Shown: piece after piece, positions 31,874-42,944 of the stretch
How positions within the stretch are numbered: position 1 is the stretch's first letter
How the letters are laid out: each line of letters begins with the position of its first letter
DNA from: an uncultured Gemmatimonadaceae bacterium
GTDB lineage: Bacteria; Gemmatimonadota; Gemmatimonadetes; Gemmatimonadales; Gemmatimonadaceae
Reading direction: 5' to 3'
Assembly: GCA_963781585.1 (NCBI GenBank)
Contig: CAWAGQ010000005.1
Coordinates: forward strand, 382,199-446,198
DNA length: 64,000 nucleotides
Program-made: the position numbers and the translations under genes
The notes under the pieces: model-generated
The model's input: only the letters and a program-made list of their open reading frames with translations
What the model was told of the DNA's origin: nothing
Database searches by the model: none

Positions 31874-33274
31874 ATGCACGTTCCTTCCACAGCACCCGCA
31901 CCGGAGGCGCTCACACGCCGCGAGTTGCTCCGCGGTGCGCTCGCCGTGTCGGCCGCAACGGTCCTGCCGCCATTGAAATGGTCCGGAGCGACTCCGTGGG
32001 TATTGACGGGATCGACGCTCCGTGGTTCGAACCTGGTCGACACCGCGCTCCGGGCGGAACACTGGATCGCGCGGTTCGCGCAGCAGAGCGAACGGGGAAC
32101 CGCATGGCCGTGGAATCCCGCGGATGCCGCCGGAATCCAGTCGAATCTCTACACGGGCACGCCGGGCGTGGTGCTCTTCTACCTCGAGTTGCACCATGCC
32201 ACCGGCGACAACCGGGCGCTGGCGCAGGCACAGGCGGGCGCGAAATGGCTTGCGGCCATGCTGCCGGAAAACGCCAAGCTCGGTGACGGGGGGCTGTACA
32301 CGGGGATGGCCGGCATCGCCTACACGCTCGAGATGGTGCATCGCGCCAGCGGCGAGGCACGGCACCGCGAGGCGTCGCTGCGTGCGCTGACCCTGTTGAA
32401 ACAGGCGGCCCAGCCGGCTGGGAAAGGCGTGGAGTGGTCCGAGAGCACGGACATCATCTCCGGCAGCGCGGGCATCGGCCTGTTCCTGCTGTGGGCGGAC
32501 GCAGAAATGGGTGATGCGGAGTCGCGCGCGCTCGCCGTGAAAGCAGGGAGGCGCCTCATCGAGCGGGGAGTCCCTGAGCGGGGAGGCATGAAGTGGCTCG
32601 TCTCGCCGGCGATTCCCCGCAACTATCCCAACTTCTCGCACGGCACGGCCGGCGTGTCGTATTTCCTGGCGACGCTGCATCATGCCACGGGTGACCGGGC
32701 GTTCCTCGATGTCGCCGCGGCCGGCGCCCGTTACCTTGACGCCATCGCGGTGCCCACGCCTGACGATGGCCGGATGGTCTTCCACAGCGAGCCGGGAAAC
32801 GAGCACCTCTACTACCTGAGCTGGTGCCATGGCCCGGCGGGTACCGCGCGGCTCTATCGCCGACTGGCCCAGGCGACCGCCGATCCGGCCTATGAGGCCC
32901 GCGTGGGTCAGCTCGCCCAGGCGATCGTCGACATGCACGTTCCCGAACGCTCGCCCGGGTTCTGGAACAACATCAGCCAGTGCTGCGGGAATTGCGGCGT
33001 GGTGGAGTTCTTCGTGGACCTGCATCGCCGCGACGGAGCGCCGCACCACCTGGAGTTCGCCGAACGCGTCACCGCCGACACGCTGCGACGCGGCTCCACC
33101 GACAACGATGGCACGAAGTGGACGCAGGCGGAGAACCGCGTCCAACCGGACGTGCTCATCGCGCAGACCGGCCTGATGCAGGGGGCGTCCGGCGTCGGGA
33201 TCGCCATGCTGCACCTGGATGGCGTGGCGGCCAACCGCGAGCCATTCGTGGTGCTGCCGGATAACCCGTTTTGA
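31874..33274 (+). CDS. Lanthionine synthetase C-like protein with Tat signal
   Basis: LTRRELLRG signal; LYTGTPG, FSHGTAG, WCHGPAG, QCCGNCG, GLMQGASG. Confidence 0.88.
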   Translation: MHVPSTAPAPEALTRRELLRGALAVSAATVLPPLKWSGATPWVLTGSTLRGSNLVDTALRAEHWIARFAQQSERGTAWPWNPADAAGIQSNLYTGTPGVVLFYLELHHATGDNRALAQAQAGAKWLAAMLPENAKLGDGGLYTGMAGIAYTLEMVHRASGEARHREASLRALTLLKQAAQPAGKGVEWSESTDIISGSAGIGLFLLWADAEMGDAESRALAVKAGRRLIERGVPERGGMKWLVSPAIPRNYPNFSHGTAGVSYFLATLHHATGDRAFLDVAAAGARYLDAIAVPTPDDGRMVFHSEPGNEHLYYLSWCHGPAGTARLYRRLAQATADPAYEARVGQLAQAIVDMHVPERSPGFWNNISQCCGNCGVVEFFVDLHRRDGAPHHLEFAERVTADTLRRGSTDNDGTKWTQAENRVQPDVLIAQTGLMQGASGVGIAMLHLDGVAANREPFVVLPDNPF

Positions 33275-34729
33275 GCACGGCCAGCGATTTGCTGCAGGCT
33301 CTCCCCCAGCGAGATGCGGACGCTGGGGTATCGCGTGGTCGACATCATCATCGCGCATCTCGCCTCGCTCCCGGAGACCCGCGTTTCTCTGCAACGCACG
33401 CGAGCCGACCTCGAACAGTCTCTCGGCCGCGGGTTCCCCGACGATCCCACGCCGGCGGGCGATGTCCTGTCGCTGGTCGAACGGGAAGTCCTGACCGCGA
33501 TGATGCACGTGGATCACCCGCGGTTCTACGCATTCGTCCCGGGTCCGGGGAATTTCGTGGGCGTCATGGCCGATGCGCTGGCGTCGGGGTTCAACGTGTT
33601 CGCCGGACACTGGCTGGCGGCGTCGGGCGCCGGCGCCGTGGAGGTGCAGGCCATCGATTTTCTGCGACAGGAATGCGGGTTGCCCGCGGGTGCGGGGGGC
33701 CTGTTCGTGAGCGGTGGCTCGATGGCGAATCTCAGTGCCATCGCCACCGCGCGGCGCGTCCTGCTCGGCGACCCGGATCCGCAGGCGGTCGTGTACTACA
33801 GCGACCAGACGCACAACTCCCTCGCCAAAGCGCTCCGGGTGCTGGGATTCACCGACTCGCAGCAGCGCATGCTGCCGGCCGATGAATCGCAGCGGCTCGA
33901 TCCGAGTGTGCTGGGCGAGGCGGTTGCTGCCGACCGGCTGGTCGGCCGGCGGCCGTTCTGCGTGGTCGCGAACGCCGGCACCACGAACACCGGTGCGGTG
34001 GACCCTCTGGGCGCCATCGCCGACCTGTGTGCCCGGGAGAAGCTCTGGCTCCATGTGGACGGGGCGTACGGCGCGGCCGCTATGCTCAGCGATCGCGGCC
34101 GGCGGGCCCTGACCGGGATCGAACGCGCCGATTCAATCACGCTCGACCCGCACAAATGGCTGTTCCAGCCGTTCGAGATCGGTTGCCTGCTGGTGCGCGA
34201 CGCGCGGCATCTCCGTGCCACGTTTGCCGTCCACCCCGAGGATCAGGCTTCGTATCTCGACGACGTGGAGCGCATCGCCGAGCGGGAGGTCGTCTTCTAC
34301 GAGAGTGGCGTGCAGCTCACGCGGGAATTCCGCGCCCTCAAGCTGTGGATGTCACTGCGCGTGTTCGGCGTACGGGCATTTCGCGAGGCAGTCGAGCGTG
34401 GGATCGCACTGGCCGAGGAAGCGGAGCGACTGCTCCGCGAAGACAAGCACTGGGAGGTCGTCACCCCGGCCCAGCTGGCGGTGGTGACGTTTGCACCGCG
34501 CCTCGAAGGCTTCACACGGGACGAACAGGGCACGGTCATTCAGCGTGTGGTGGAGCGACTCATCGCCGATGGGTATGCGATGGTCACGTCGACCATGGCT
34601 CGCGGGCGCACCGTGCTGCGCTTCTGCCTCATCCATCCCGCGGCCGCGATCGAGGACGTGCGCACCACGGTCGATCGTCTGGCGCATTTCGTGGAGCTCG
34701 AAACCGCGCCCCGCCCGTCAGCCGGTTGA
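33271..34729 (+). CDS. PLP-dependent group II amino-acid decarboxylase; probable +1 indel at ~33298
   Basis: HPRFYAFVP, SGGSMANL, GTTNTGAVD, HVDGAYG, DPHKWL; removing one G joins MSTASDLLQ to LSPSEMR. Confidence 0.88.
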
Positions 34730-36991
34730 CCCGCCGATCACGGCGGCCCTGGGATCGACGAGCAATTCGTCGAGGACGACGGGATCGACCGGCTTGGTGA
34801 GGTGGAGATCGAATCCGGCTTCCCGCGACCGGCGCTTGTCATCCAGCTGGCCCCACCCGGTCATCGCAACCAGGAGAATGTCCTTTCCCCAGGACTCCTC
34901 GCGTATCCGACGAGCCACGTCGTAGCCGCTGAGTTTCGGCAGGCCAATGTCGAGCAGCACGACCTCGGGGTGATCCACTGCCGCCGCCGCGAGCGCCTCG
35001 AATCCGTCACTGGCCGCGCGAACGTCGTGCGACGTCAGACGCAGGAGCGTCACCAGACTCGCCGCCGCATCCTCGTTGTCCTCCACCACCAGAATCCGCC
35101 GCGGCGGCGCGTGTGCCGCGACCTTCACCAGCTTGGCGCGGGCCGTGGGGCGATCGGCGACTTCCGCCACGAAGACGGGCAGGTGCACCACGAACTCACT
35201 TCCCGACTTCGGTCCCTTGCTCCGCGCCTCGATCCGGCCACCGTGCATCTCCACCAGCAGTTTCGCGATCGTCAGGCCGATGCCGAGGCCATCCGGCGTC
35301 CGACGGGGCAGGGATTCGCCCTGGGTGAACATGTCGAAGATCCGCGGCATCAATTCCCGCGAAATCCCGACGCCGGTATCGCGGACCGTGACCACGATGC
35401 CATCCGGCTCACGGTCCGCCACCAGCGAGATGGTTCCGCCGGTTGGCGTGAACTTGGCCGCGTTGTTCAGGAGGTTGGCGAACACCTGCGCCAGACGGGT
35501 CGGGTCGGCGTAGACGTACAGTGGCTCTGCGGGCGACGATACGTCGAGCGCGTGCTCCGATGCGTCGATCAGGGGGCGACTGACCTCGACCGCGTCGCGC
35601 AGCACCGTCGCCAGGTCCACCCGCTCCCGTCGCAGGATGAGCCGCCCGCTGGTGATCCGGCTCATGTCCAGCAGGTCGTCGATCAGGTGCACCAGCTTCT
35701 CCACCTGTCGCTCGATGATGTGGAAGGCCTCCTCGCGCAGGGGATCGCTGTCGGTGCGCTGGATGATCTCGAGCGCGTTGCACACCGGCGCGAGCGGGTT
35801 GCGGAGTTCGTGGGCCAGCGTGGCGAGAAACTCGTCCTTTCGGCGATCGGCCTGCCGGAGCTGCTCCTGCAACTTCTTCTGTTCGTCGATGTCGGTGGTT
35901 GCCCCCACCCACGAGACGACGTGGCCGGTTTCATCCTTGAGTGGCAGGGCGCGGGTCACGAACCACCGGTAGACGCCATCGTGGCGGCGATACCGCACCT
36001 CGAGCTCGTACTCGCCTCCCTCCTGCAGCGCGTTGGACCACTCGGCGGTAGCGCGCGGCAGATCGTCCGGGTGCGGAACCAGCTCGGGCCAGTGCGGCAG
36101 CTTTGCGCCCGGCGTGAGCCCGCAGAACTTGAGCCACTGGTCATTCACGTAGGTGAGCGCGCCATCCGGCGCAGCTGTCCAGATGATCGAGGGTACCGTG
36201 TCGGCCATGACGCGAAAACGTCGCTCGCTGGCCAGCACCGCGGCGTTCGCGTCGCGCTCGGCGGTCACGTCGGACGCCGCGCCGTACACCCGCGTCAATC
36301 GGCCGTGGTCGCTGACCGGGCGCATGCGATACCGGACGCATACCACGCGCGCATCGCGGGCCAGAAACCGCGACTCCGCCTCCACCGTCTCACCGGCCGC
36401 CAGACGCTCGGCGATCGTCGCGATGCGCGGGCGATCGTCAGGATGCATGATGCTCTGGCTGGGGAGGAGCGCGTTCAGTTCGGCGAGCGTGTAACCGAAG
36501 AGCTTCGTGAAGCCGTCGCTGATCGCTTCCACGACCACCGCGCCGCTCTCTTCCAGGCGAGTCTTGAAAACGAAGTCACTGCTCAACTCGGCGACGATCT
36601 CGTTGAACGCCTCGCTCTCGCGGATCTTCGCCTGTTCCTGCTCCAGCAGGCGTCGAGCCGCGTGAAGCTCCTCACTGAGCGCGCTGGTCAATACGCCGAT
36701 CACCAGGAAGACCAGGACGGTCACGGCGCGGATCACGTTACCGCTCGCCGTGGCCCCGCCCGACGGAAAGAGGTAGTACGTGGCGAAGATGCCGCCCAGC
36801 ACCGTTGCCATCAGTCCGGGCCAGAACCCACCGAACCACGACGCGAAGATGATGGCGATGATAAAGGGCAGGTACGTCGCGAACTCGCCCAGCACCGCGC
36901 TCAGCTGGTGATGCAGCGCGAACATCAGCGTGGTCATGGCAATTGCCATGACATAGCCGGCCCCGGCGGTGGGGGGTTCGCGAATTCGCAT
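34718..36991 (-). CDS. Hybrid sensor histidine kinase (membrane domain, 2 PAS, HisKA, HATPase, REC)
   Basis: FLATLAHELRNPL, NLLNNAAKFT, GLGIGL, LLDIGLP, HLTKPVD; start uncertain. Confidence 0.92.
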   Translation of the reverse strand: MRIREPPTAGAGYVMAIAMTTLMFALHHQLSAVLGEFATYLPFIIAIIFASWFGGFWPGLMATVLGGIFATYYLFPSGGATASGNVIRAVTVLVFLVIGVLTSALSEELHAARRLLEQEQAKIRESEAFNEIVAELSSDFVFKTRLEESGAVVVEAISDGFTKLFGYTLAELNALLPSQSIMHPDDRPRIATIAERLAAGETVEAESRFLARDARVVCVRYRMRPVSDHGRLTRVYGAASDVTAERDANAAVLASERRFRVMADTVPSIIWTAAPDGALTYVNDQWLKFCGLTPGAKLPHWPELVPHPDDLPRATAEWSNALQEGGEYELEVRYRRHDGVYRWFVTRALPLKDETGHVVSWVGATTDIDEQKKLQEQLRQADRRKDEFLATLAHELRNPLAPVCNALEIIQRTDSDPLREEAFHIIERQVEKLVHLIDDLLDMSRITSGRLILRRERVDLATVLRDAVEVSRPLIDASEHALDVSSPAEPLYVYADPTRLAQVFANLLNNAAKFTPTGGTISLVADREPDGIVVTVRDTGVGISRELMPRIFDMFTQGESLPRRTPDGLGIGLTIAKLLVEMHGGRIEARSKGPKSGSEFVVHLPVFVAEVADRPTARAKLVKVAAHAPPRRILVVEDNEDAAASLVTLLRLTSHDVRAASDGFEALAAAAVDHPEVVLLDIGLPKLSGYDVARRIREESWGKDILLVAMTGWGQLDDKRRSREAGFDLHLTKPVDPVVLDELLVDPRAAVIGGSTG

Positions 36992-37099
36992 CCCGTTCAA
37001 CAGCACGCGGGTGCCTTTACGCCGTGCGTCTCTCAACTGTTTTGTCCTGGGGTCCGCGACAGCCACGATTATGTCGGGGCTGCTGGGTGTCAACATGGG

Positions 37100-37170
37100 G
37101 GGCCAAAAGGCCAAAGGCCAAAAAGGCCATGGATCAAAGGTGATAGGCCATAGGCCATAGCTCAAAGGCC
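37100..37170. repeat. 7-bp tandem array (AGGCCAA/AGGCCAT)
   Basis: GGCCAAAAGGCCAAAGGCCAAAAAGG...TAGGCCATAGGCCATAG between tkt and the kinase. Confidence 0.7.
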
Positions 37171-37190
37171 GGGAGCCCCAGGCGACGAGC

Positions 37191-39287
37191 TCAGCCGTTC
37201 AGCAGACTCCCTCTCTTCAGGGACGTGACCAGCCTCCGTGCGACCTCCACCAAGTGGTCCGCCGTCAGTCCGAACTCCTCATAGATCCGCTGATACGGGG
37301 CCGACGCGCCGAAATGCTCCAGTCCGATGACCGCGCCGTTGTCGCCCACGAATCGCTGCCACGACATGGGGTGGGCAGCTTCGATGGCAATCCGCGTGCT
37401 ACCCACGGGAATCACGGCCTCGCGATACGCCGCGGGCTGTGCCAGGAAGAGCTCGTGACTGGGCATGCTCACCACGCGGGTCGGGATCCTGTCTGCCTCG
37501 AGACGCTGCTGCGCGTCGAGCGCGATCTGCACTTCGGATCCGGATGACAGCAGTACCACCATCGGCGCGCCGCCCTGGGCCTCGGCCAGCACGTACCCGC
37601 CACGGGCCAGCTCGCTTGCTGCGCCGCGCCCGGTCCGATCGATGAACGGGACCTTCTGTCTGGTGAGCACGAGCGCCACCGGCCCGTCGCGGTGCAGCAG
37701 CGCCACACGCCACGCCTCCGCGACCTCCGCTGCATCGCAGGGCCGAATGAGGGTGAAGTGGGGAATTGCGCGCAGGGACGACAGTTGCTCGATGGGTTGA
37801 TGGGTGGGGCCGTCTTCTCCCAGTCCGATGGAGTCGTGCGTGTACACGTAGATGACATGCCGCCGCATCAGCGCCGCCAGTCGCACGGCCGGACGCATGT
37901 AATCGGAGAAGATGAGAAAGGTGCCGCCGTACGGAATGATTCCACCGTGCAACGACATGCCGTTCATCATGGCGGCCATGGCATGCTCGCGGATTCCGAA
38001 GGCGAAGTTGCGCCCCGCGTAGTTCGCCGCCGAGAAGTGTGGCGCGCCCTTGATGGTGGTGAGATTCGAAGTGCTGAGGTCGGCTGAGCCGCCGACCAGC
38101 TCGGGAATGGGCGCCGCCAGCGCGTTGAGTACCGTGGCTGACGAGGCGCGCGTTGCCCCGCTGCCGTTCTCCTTGGTGAACGTGGGGATCGCGCTCTGCC
38201 AGCCGCCCGGGAGGTCGCCGCGCAGCCGGCGTCCCAGCTCCTTCGCGTCGCCGGGGAAGGCTTTCGAGTAGGCGATCAGCGCGCGGCGCCAGGCGTCGTG
38301 CGCCTCGGCGCCGGCGTCGCGCACACGGCGCCAGTGCGCCAGCACTTCGTCCGGAACCGTGAACGGCTCGCTGGCCGTCCACCCGAGATTCTGCTTGGTG
38401 AGCGCCACTTCCTCAACGCCTAACGCTTCACCGTGTGCCTTGGCGGTGTCCTGGCGGTGGGGCGATCCGTATCCGATGTGCGTGCGAACAATCACCAGCG
38501 AGGGGCGCCCTTCCTCGGCCCGGGCTGCGGCAATGGCATCGTCGAGGGCATCGAGGTCGTTCACGTCAGCCACGCGCTGCACGTGCCAGTGGTAAGCCTC
38601 GAAGCGTCCGGCCACGTCGTCGCTGAACGTGAGGTCGGTGCTGCCGTCGATGGTGATGTGGTTGTCGTCGTAGAAGCCCACCAGCTTGCCGAGCCTGAAG
38701 TGTCCGGCGAAGCTCGCGGCTTCGTGTGAGATCCCCTCCATCAGGTCGCCGTCGCTGCAGATGAACCACGTGCGGTGGTCGATGATGGGGTGTCCATCGC
38801 GGTTGAAGGTGGCGGCGAGATGCGCCTCCGCAGCCGCCATCCCCACGGCATTGCCAAACCCCTGCCCCAGGGGACCGGTGGTGGTCTCCACACCGGGCGT
38901 GAGGTCATGCTCCGGGTGTCCCGGCGTGCGGCTCCCCCACTGCCGGAACGCCTTGATGTCGTCGAGGGTGAGATCGTACCCGCTCAGATAGAGCGACGCG
39001 TACAACAGCAGGGATGCGTGGCCATTGGACAGCACGAACCGGTCCCGGTTGGGCCACGTCGGATCCGAGGGATCGTGCCGCAGATGGCGCGTGAACAGCA
39101 CGTAGGCCAGCGGAGCGAGTCCCATCGGGGCGCCCGGATGGCCGCTCTCCGCCTTTTGCACGGCGTCCATCGCCAGCGTGCGCACCGTGTTGATGGAGAG
39201 CAGGTCGAGGGTGCTGGACGTCTCGGAAGCGTGAACCACGTGTCGCTGGATGAAAGGTCGGGGCAAAGCCGAAGACGACTCCGGCAC
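37191..39287 (-). CDS. tkt: Transketolase
   Basis: [39 protein letters not shown]; start uncertain (alternative GTG at 39239). Confidence 0.96.
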   Translation of the reverse strand: MPESSSALPRPFIQRHVVHASETSSTLDLLSINTVRTLAMDAVQKAESGHPGAPMGLAPLAYVLFTRHLRHDPSDPTWPNRDRFVLSNGHASLLLYASLYLSGYDLTLDDIKAFRQWGSRTPGHPEHDLTPGVETTTGPLGQGFGNAVGMAAAEAHLAATFNRDGHPIIDHRTWFICSDGDLMEGISHEAASFAGHFRLGKLVGFYDDNHITIDGSTDLTFSDDVAGRFEAYHWHVQRVADVNDLDALDDAIAAARAEEGRPSLVIVRTHIGYGSPHRQDTAKAHGEALGVEEVALTKQNLGWTASEPFTVPDEVLAHWRRVRDAGAEAHDAWRRALIAYSKAFPGDAKELGRRLRGDLPGGWQSAIPTFTKENGSGATRASSATVLNALAAPIPELVGGSADLSTSNLTTIKGAPHFSAANYAGRNFAFGIREHAMAAMMNGMSLHGGIIPYGGTFLIFSDYMRPAVRLAALMRRHVIYVYTHDSIGLGEDGPTHQPIEQLSSLRAIPHFTLIRPCDAAEVAEAWRVALLHRDGPVALVLTRQKVPFIDRTGRGAASELARGGYVLAEAQGGAPMVVLLSSGSEVQIALDAQQRLEADRIPTRVVSMPSHELFLAQPAAYREAVIPVGSTRIAIEAAHPMSWQRFVGDNGAVIGLEHFGASAPYQRIYEEFGLTADHLVEVARRLVTSLKRGSLLNG

Positions 39288-39425
39288 GAGCGGAAAGCGG
39301 AAGACGTGGACGGCGAATCGGAAAGTTATCGCGAGGCCGGCGGGCGTGCTTCATACTTCATGTGCCCCGGTGCCGCCCGGCGCCGGGTGGGCGATCGTGC
39401 TGCACCACTCCAACCGGAGACTCCA

Positions 39426-40283
39426 ATCGCCATCGAACACATCAGCGACACCGCTCGCTGGGTCGCGGTCTATCGAGCCATGGAGAGCGAGCGGCCGGAC
39501 GCGATATTCCGGGATCCCTTTGCCCGGCGCCTCGCCGGCGAGCGGGGTGAGGCGATCGTCGATCACCTGAAACGGGGCCGGGCCATGGCCTGGCCGATGA
39601 TTGTCCGCACTGCCGTGTTCGACGACCTGATCCTGGAGTGCGTGCATCAGGGCAGCGCTGACATGGTCATCAACCTCGCCGCCGGACTGGACGCGCGGCC
39701 CTGGCGTATGCCGCTTCCCCCCGAACTGCGTTGGGTGGACGTCGATCTGCCGGAGATCCTGCGCTACAAGACCGACATGCTGCGTGATGACGCCCCGGTC
39801 TGTCGGTACGAATCGATCTTCACCGATCTGACCGACGCGGACGCACGACGCTCGCTGTTCGAACGCCTCGGTACGGAGGCGACCAGGGCACTGATTCTCA
39901 CCGAAGGCCTGCTGGTGTATCTCACTCCCGAACAGGTGAGCGCGCTGGCCACGGATCTGCACGCGCAACACGGCTTCCGGTGGTGGGTGATCGACCTGGC
40001 CAGTCCGCTGCTGCGCAAATTCATCGAGAAATCGTGGGGAACGGCGCTCGCGAAAGGGAATGCCCCCATGCGCTTCTTCCCGCCTGAGGGAACGGACTTC
40101 TTCCGTCCACTCGGCTGGCGCGAAGTGGCGTTCCGCTCGACCGGGGAGGAGGCACGCCGCCTGCACCGCGAGATGAAGGGTGCGTGGCTGTGGCGGATTC
40201 TGGGGCTGATGATGTCGAAGGAGCGGCGCGCGGCATATCAGCGCATGTCCGGGCAGGTGCTGCTCGAGCGCATCGACGGTTGA
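39426..40283 (+). CDS. SAM-dependent methyltransferase (LCM-like/Rv-type)
   Basis: ISDTARWVAVYRAMES, INLAAGLDAR, WVDVDLP, LTEGLLVYL; start ambiguous (ATG 39360, or ATC 39426 after GGAG). Confidence 0.85.
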   Translation: MAIEHISDTARWVAVYRAMESERPDAIFRDPFARRLAGERGEAIVDHLKRGRAMAWPMIVRTAVFDDLILECVHQGSADMVINLAAGLDARPWRMPLPPELRWVDVDLPEILRYKTDMLRDDAPVCRYESIFTDLTDADARRSLFERLGTEATRALILTEGLLVYLTPEQVSALATDLHAQHGFRWWVIDLASPLLRKFIEKSWGTALAKGNAPMRFFPPEGTDFFRPLGWREVAFRSTGEEARRLHREMKGAWLWRILGLMMSKERRAAYQRMSGQVLLERIDG

Positions 40284-40285
40284 AG

Positions 40286-40402
40286 GCGATCAGCGATCAG
40301 TTATCAGTTATCAGCGATCAGTCATCAGCGATCAGTCATCAGCGATCAGTCTTCAGCGATCAGTCATCAGCTATCGGCACCTGGCACCCTGGCACCCTGG
40401 CA
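40286..40402 (+). repeat. 7-bp tandem array (GCGATCA/GTCATCA/GTTATCA x13) then GCACC(C)TG x3
   Basis: Read directly; starts 2 nt after the methyltransferase stop. Confidence 0.85.
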
Positions 40403-40521
40403 GCGGTACCAGCATCCAGTTCACGCATTCCGCACCGAGCACTCAGTGTCCGTCTGGGTGAATGACCTCCTCGTCATCGGCGGGGTATGCTCTGTTTCAC
40501 GTCTTGAACGGAGGAGTAGTC

Positions 40522-41226
40522 ATGCGCCTGCTTGGCCTCTTGCAGATCGCGCTTGCGGCGCCGCTTGCCGGTGCACAGGTCCCGACAGCGGGAGACAGCG
40601 CTGTTGCCACCATTGCCGTCACGGGACAGGGCCAGCACTCCGTACCAGCCGACGAGCTGATCCTGCAGCTGGCGGTGGACACACGGGCCCGGACCGCCAG
40701 TCGTGCCGGTGCGGACAACGCCGATCGGATGACCGCCGTGCAGAAAGCGCTCCGCGAGATCGGTCTCACGTCCGAGGAAATCTCGACGGCGTTCTATACC
40801 ATTCGTTTCGAGTACGGTCCCCAGATGCGCGATACGCAGTACGTCGCGACCAATTCCGTGCGCGTCGACACGCGGCGGCTGGAGCTCGTGAGTCGGATCA
40901 TCGATACGGCCCTCCAGTCGGGCGCCACCACGGTCGCGGGCGTGCAGTACACGCTGCATGACGATCGTGATGCGACGCGTCAGGCGCTCGCCGACGCGGT
41001 GGCCGACGCGAGACTCCAGGCCGAGGCGGTGGCGGCTGCGGCGGGCGGGCGGTTGGGAGAGCTGCTGGGGCTCGACGCGCAGCCGAATCGTCCCGGACCG
41101 ATCCCGTACGGGCAGGTCGCGATGGCTCGCCTGGCATCCGCTGGAGCGGAGACCCCGATTTCACCGCGTGACATCACCATAACGGCGACAGTCATGGCGC
41201 GCTGGCGGTTCGTCGCGTCGAGATAG
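40522..41226 (+). CDS. SIMPL/DUF541 domain protein
   Basis: GGAGG RBS, signal peptide, IAVTGQG..SVPAD, ALADAVADAR, ITITATVMARW. Confidence 0.9.
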   Translation: MRLLGLLQIALAAPLAGAQVPTAGDSAVATIAVTGQGQHSVPADELILQLAVDTRARTASRAGADNADRMTAVQKALREIGLTSEEISTAFYTIRFEYGPQMRDTQYVATNSVRVDTRRLELVSRIIDTALQSGATTVAGVQYTLHDDRDATRQALADAVADARLQAEAVAAAAGGRLGELLGLDAQPNRPGPIPYGQVAMARLASAGAETPISPRDITITATVMARWRFVASR

Positions 41227-41427
41227 CGCATCGCGCTGGCGGCGACGGGGCAGGTGGTCGCGGAGGCACTCCGCCCGGCGACCACGGCCCTCACAGCGGC
41301 GAGTCGTGAAGGGCTCGTCGCGGTCCGCTGGCGCGCGGGAAAGTCAGCGTTTCCCCCGGGTGGAGGCGCCGGCTTCGGCTGCGCTGGCCTTGCATCCGCG
41401 GCCGGCCGGGCGCAGTATCGCGCACAG

Positions 41428-42336
41428 ATGACGCCCTCCACGGATGACCCCAGGCGGTATCGCAGTCTCGATGATCCGGAGACGCTGCGGCTGCTCGCGC
41501 GCACACTGGGTGAGGGGATCTACGTGACCGACCGGGAAGGGCGCATTCTGGACTGCAATCCGGCGTTCCTCGACATCTTCGGCGTGTCCTCGCTCAAGGA
41601 GCTGGAACAGTTCCATGCGTCCGACCTGCTCGCCGACCCGGAGCGGCGCCGGATCGAGCTGAAGGAGCTCGAGCGGGAAGGGAGCGTTCGGGACTTCGAG
41701 CTCGAGATCGTGCGGCCCGACGGGCAGCGGCGGACGGTGCTGGACACGACCTATCAGGTCCGGGATCCCGGATCCGGTGAGGTATTCTATCACGGGGTGC
41801 TGATCGACATCTCGGCGCGCAAGGAGCTGGAGCGCCAGCTGCGCGAACAGCTGATACGCGACGCGCTCACCGGCTGCTACAACCGACGGTTTCTCCTCGA
41901 CTTCGAGGTTGACCTCGAGCACCAGGCCGAGACGCGCTGGGGTTGCATCTACATCGACATCGATCACTTCAAGGTCTACAACGACCGGCATGGTCATCAG
42001 AACGGCGATCAGGTGCTGCGGCGGATGGCCCGGTTTCTGATGCGCGAAGTTCGCGCCGACGAGCCGGTGGTTCGCATGGGTGGAGATGAGTTTGTGATCG
42101 TGCTCAGCGGCGAGAACGCCGAGCGCACTGAGACCGTGGCGACCCGGCTGCACCACGCCGCGGCCCGCAGCGCACCGGTGGCATTCTCGTTAGGTTGGGC
42201 GAAGCGGTCAGAAGGCGAGACGTTCGAGGAGACCATGGCTCGCGCCGACAAGAACCTCATCGGCGTGCGCGTGCTCTCGCGCTCGGGGGAATGGTCGTCG
42301 CTGCCGGCCGAAATGGAACGCCGGCGGCGGCGCTAG
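41428..42336 (+). CDS. PAS-GGDEF diguanylate cyclase
   Basis: DALTGCYNRR, DIDHFKVYND, RMGGDEF. Confidence 0.92.
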   Translation: MTPSTDDPRRYRSLDDPETLRLLARTLGEGIYVTDREGRILDCNPAFLDIFGVSSLKELEQFHASDLLADPERRRIELKELEREGSVRDFELEIVRPDGQRRTVLDTTYQVRDPGSGEVFYHGVLIDISARKELERQLREQLIRDALTGCYNRRFLLDFEVDLEHQAETRWGCIYIDIDHFKVYNDRHGHQNGDQVLRRMARFLMREVRADEPVVRMGGDEFVIVLSGENAERTETVATRLHHAAARSAPVAFSLGWAKRSEGETFEETMARADKNLIGVRVLSRSGEWSSLPAEMERRRRR

Positions 42337-42344
42337 CCACCGTC

Positions 42345-42746
42345 ATGCCGCTGCGGCTTCCCGCTCCCTGGCGCGGGCTCCTCGTCGCCGCCGCGCTGAT
42401 CCTGTCCGGCACCGCCCTCCTGCAGGCCACCGCCTATCCGGAGCTCACGCGGACCCTCCGGGCGGCGGGAGTGAACCGGGCGCTGACGTCGACGCTGGAA
42501 GGACTGTGGCTGATGTTCCCGGTGCACCTGCTGTTCATCGCGGCCTTTCTCACGCTGGCCGCCGTCCGCGTGCGCATCCCCGCCGATTCGGGGCTGCTCG
42601 TGAGTGCCCTCATCCTCGCCGCCGACACCGCGCTGCTCGGCGGCTTCATGGGGATGTTTACCGGCACCGTGCTGGTCGGCGTGTCGACCGGCCTGGTCAT
42701 CATTGCCCGTCTGATCCGGCAGGCGATGCTCGCCTCCGCCGGCTAG
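42345..42746 (+). CDS. Hypothetical 4-TM membrane protein
   Basis: Four hydrophobic segments. Confidence 0.55.
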   Translation: MPLRLPAPWRGLLVAAALILSGTALLQATAYPELTRTLRAAGVNRALTSTLEGLWLMFPVHLLFIAAFLTLAAVRVRIPADSGLLVSALILAADTALLGGFMGMFTGTVLVGVSTGLVIIARLIRQAMLASAG

Positions 42747-42764
42747 CGCCGGAGAAACGAGAGG

Positions 42765-42790
42765 CCCGTGCCCCCTCGAGGGGGCACGGG
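42765..42790. terminator. Perfect 26-bp palindrome between convergent genes (terminator-like)
   Basis: CCCGTGCCCCCTC|GAGGGGGCACGGG; no strong U-tract. Confidence 0.4.
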
Positions 42791-42944
42791 AAAATGGGGT
42801 CAGACTCGAATTTCGCCGCGAGCCGGCGCGCACTGCGCCGAAGCCACGCGCATCATGGCCCGCCCCGACCGGGACGACGGGCGGTGCGAGCCTGATGCGG
42901 AACTCGTCAGGCAGGGCCCGCCGGGTGGTCGGCGGGCGATGCGA

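Noticed and set aside
31874..33274. Lanthipeptide biosynthetic cluster
   Set aside because: No dehydratase, precursor peptide or exporter present
31832..37153. Long antisense ORFs (740 aa, 783 aa; also 23257..24810 and 61580..63247)
   Set aside because: Shadow ORFs opposite well-supported genes, expected at high GC
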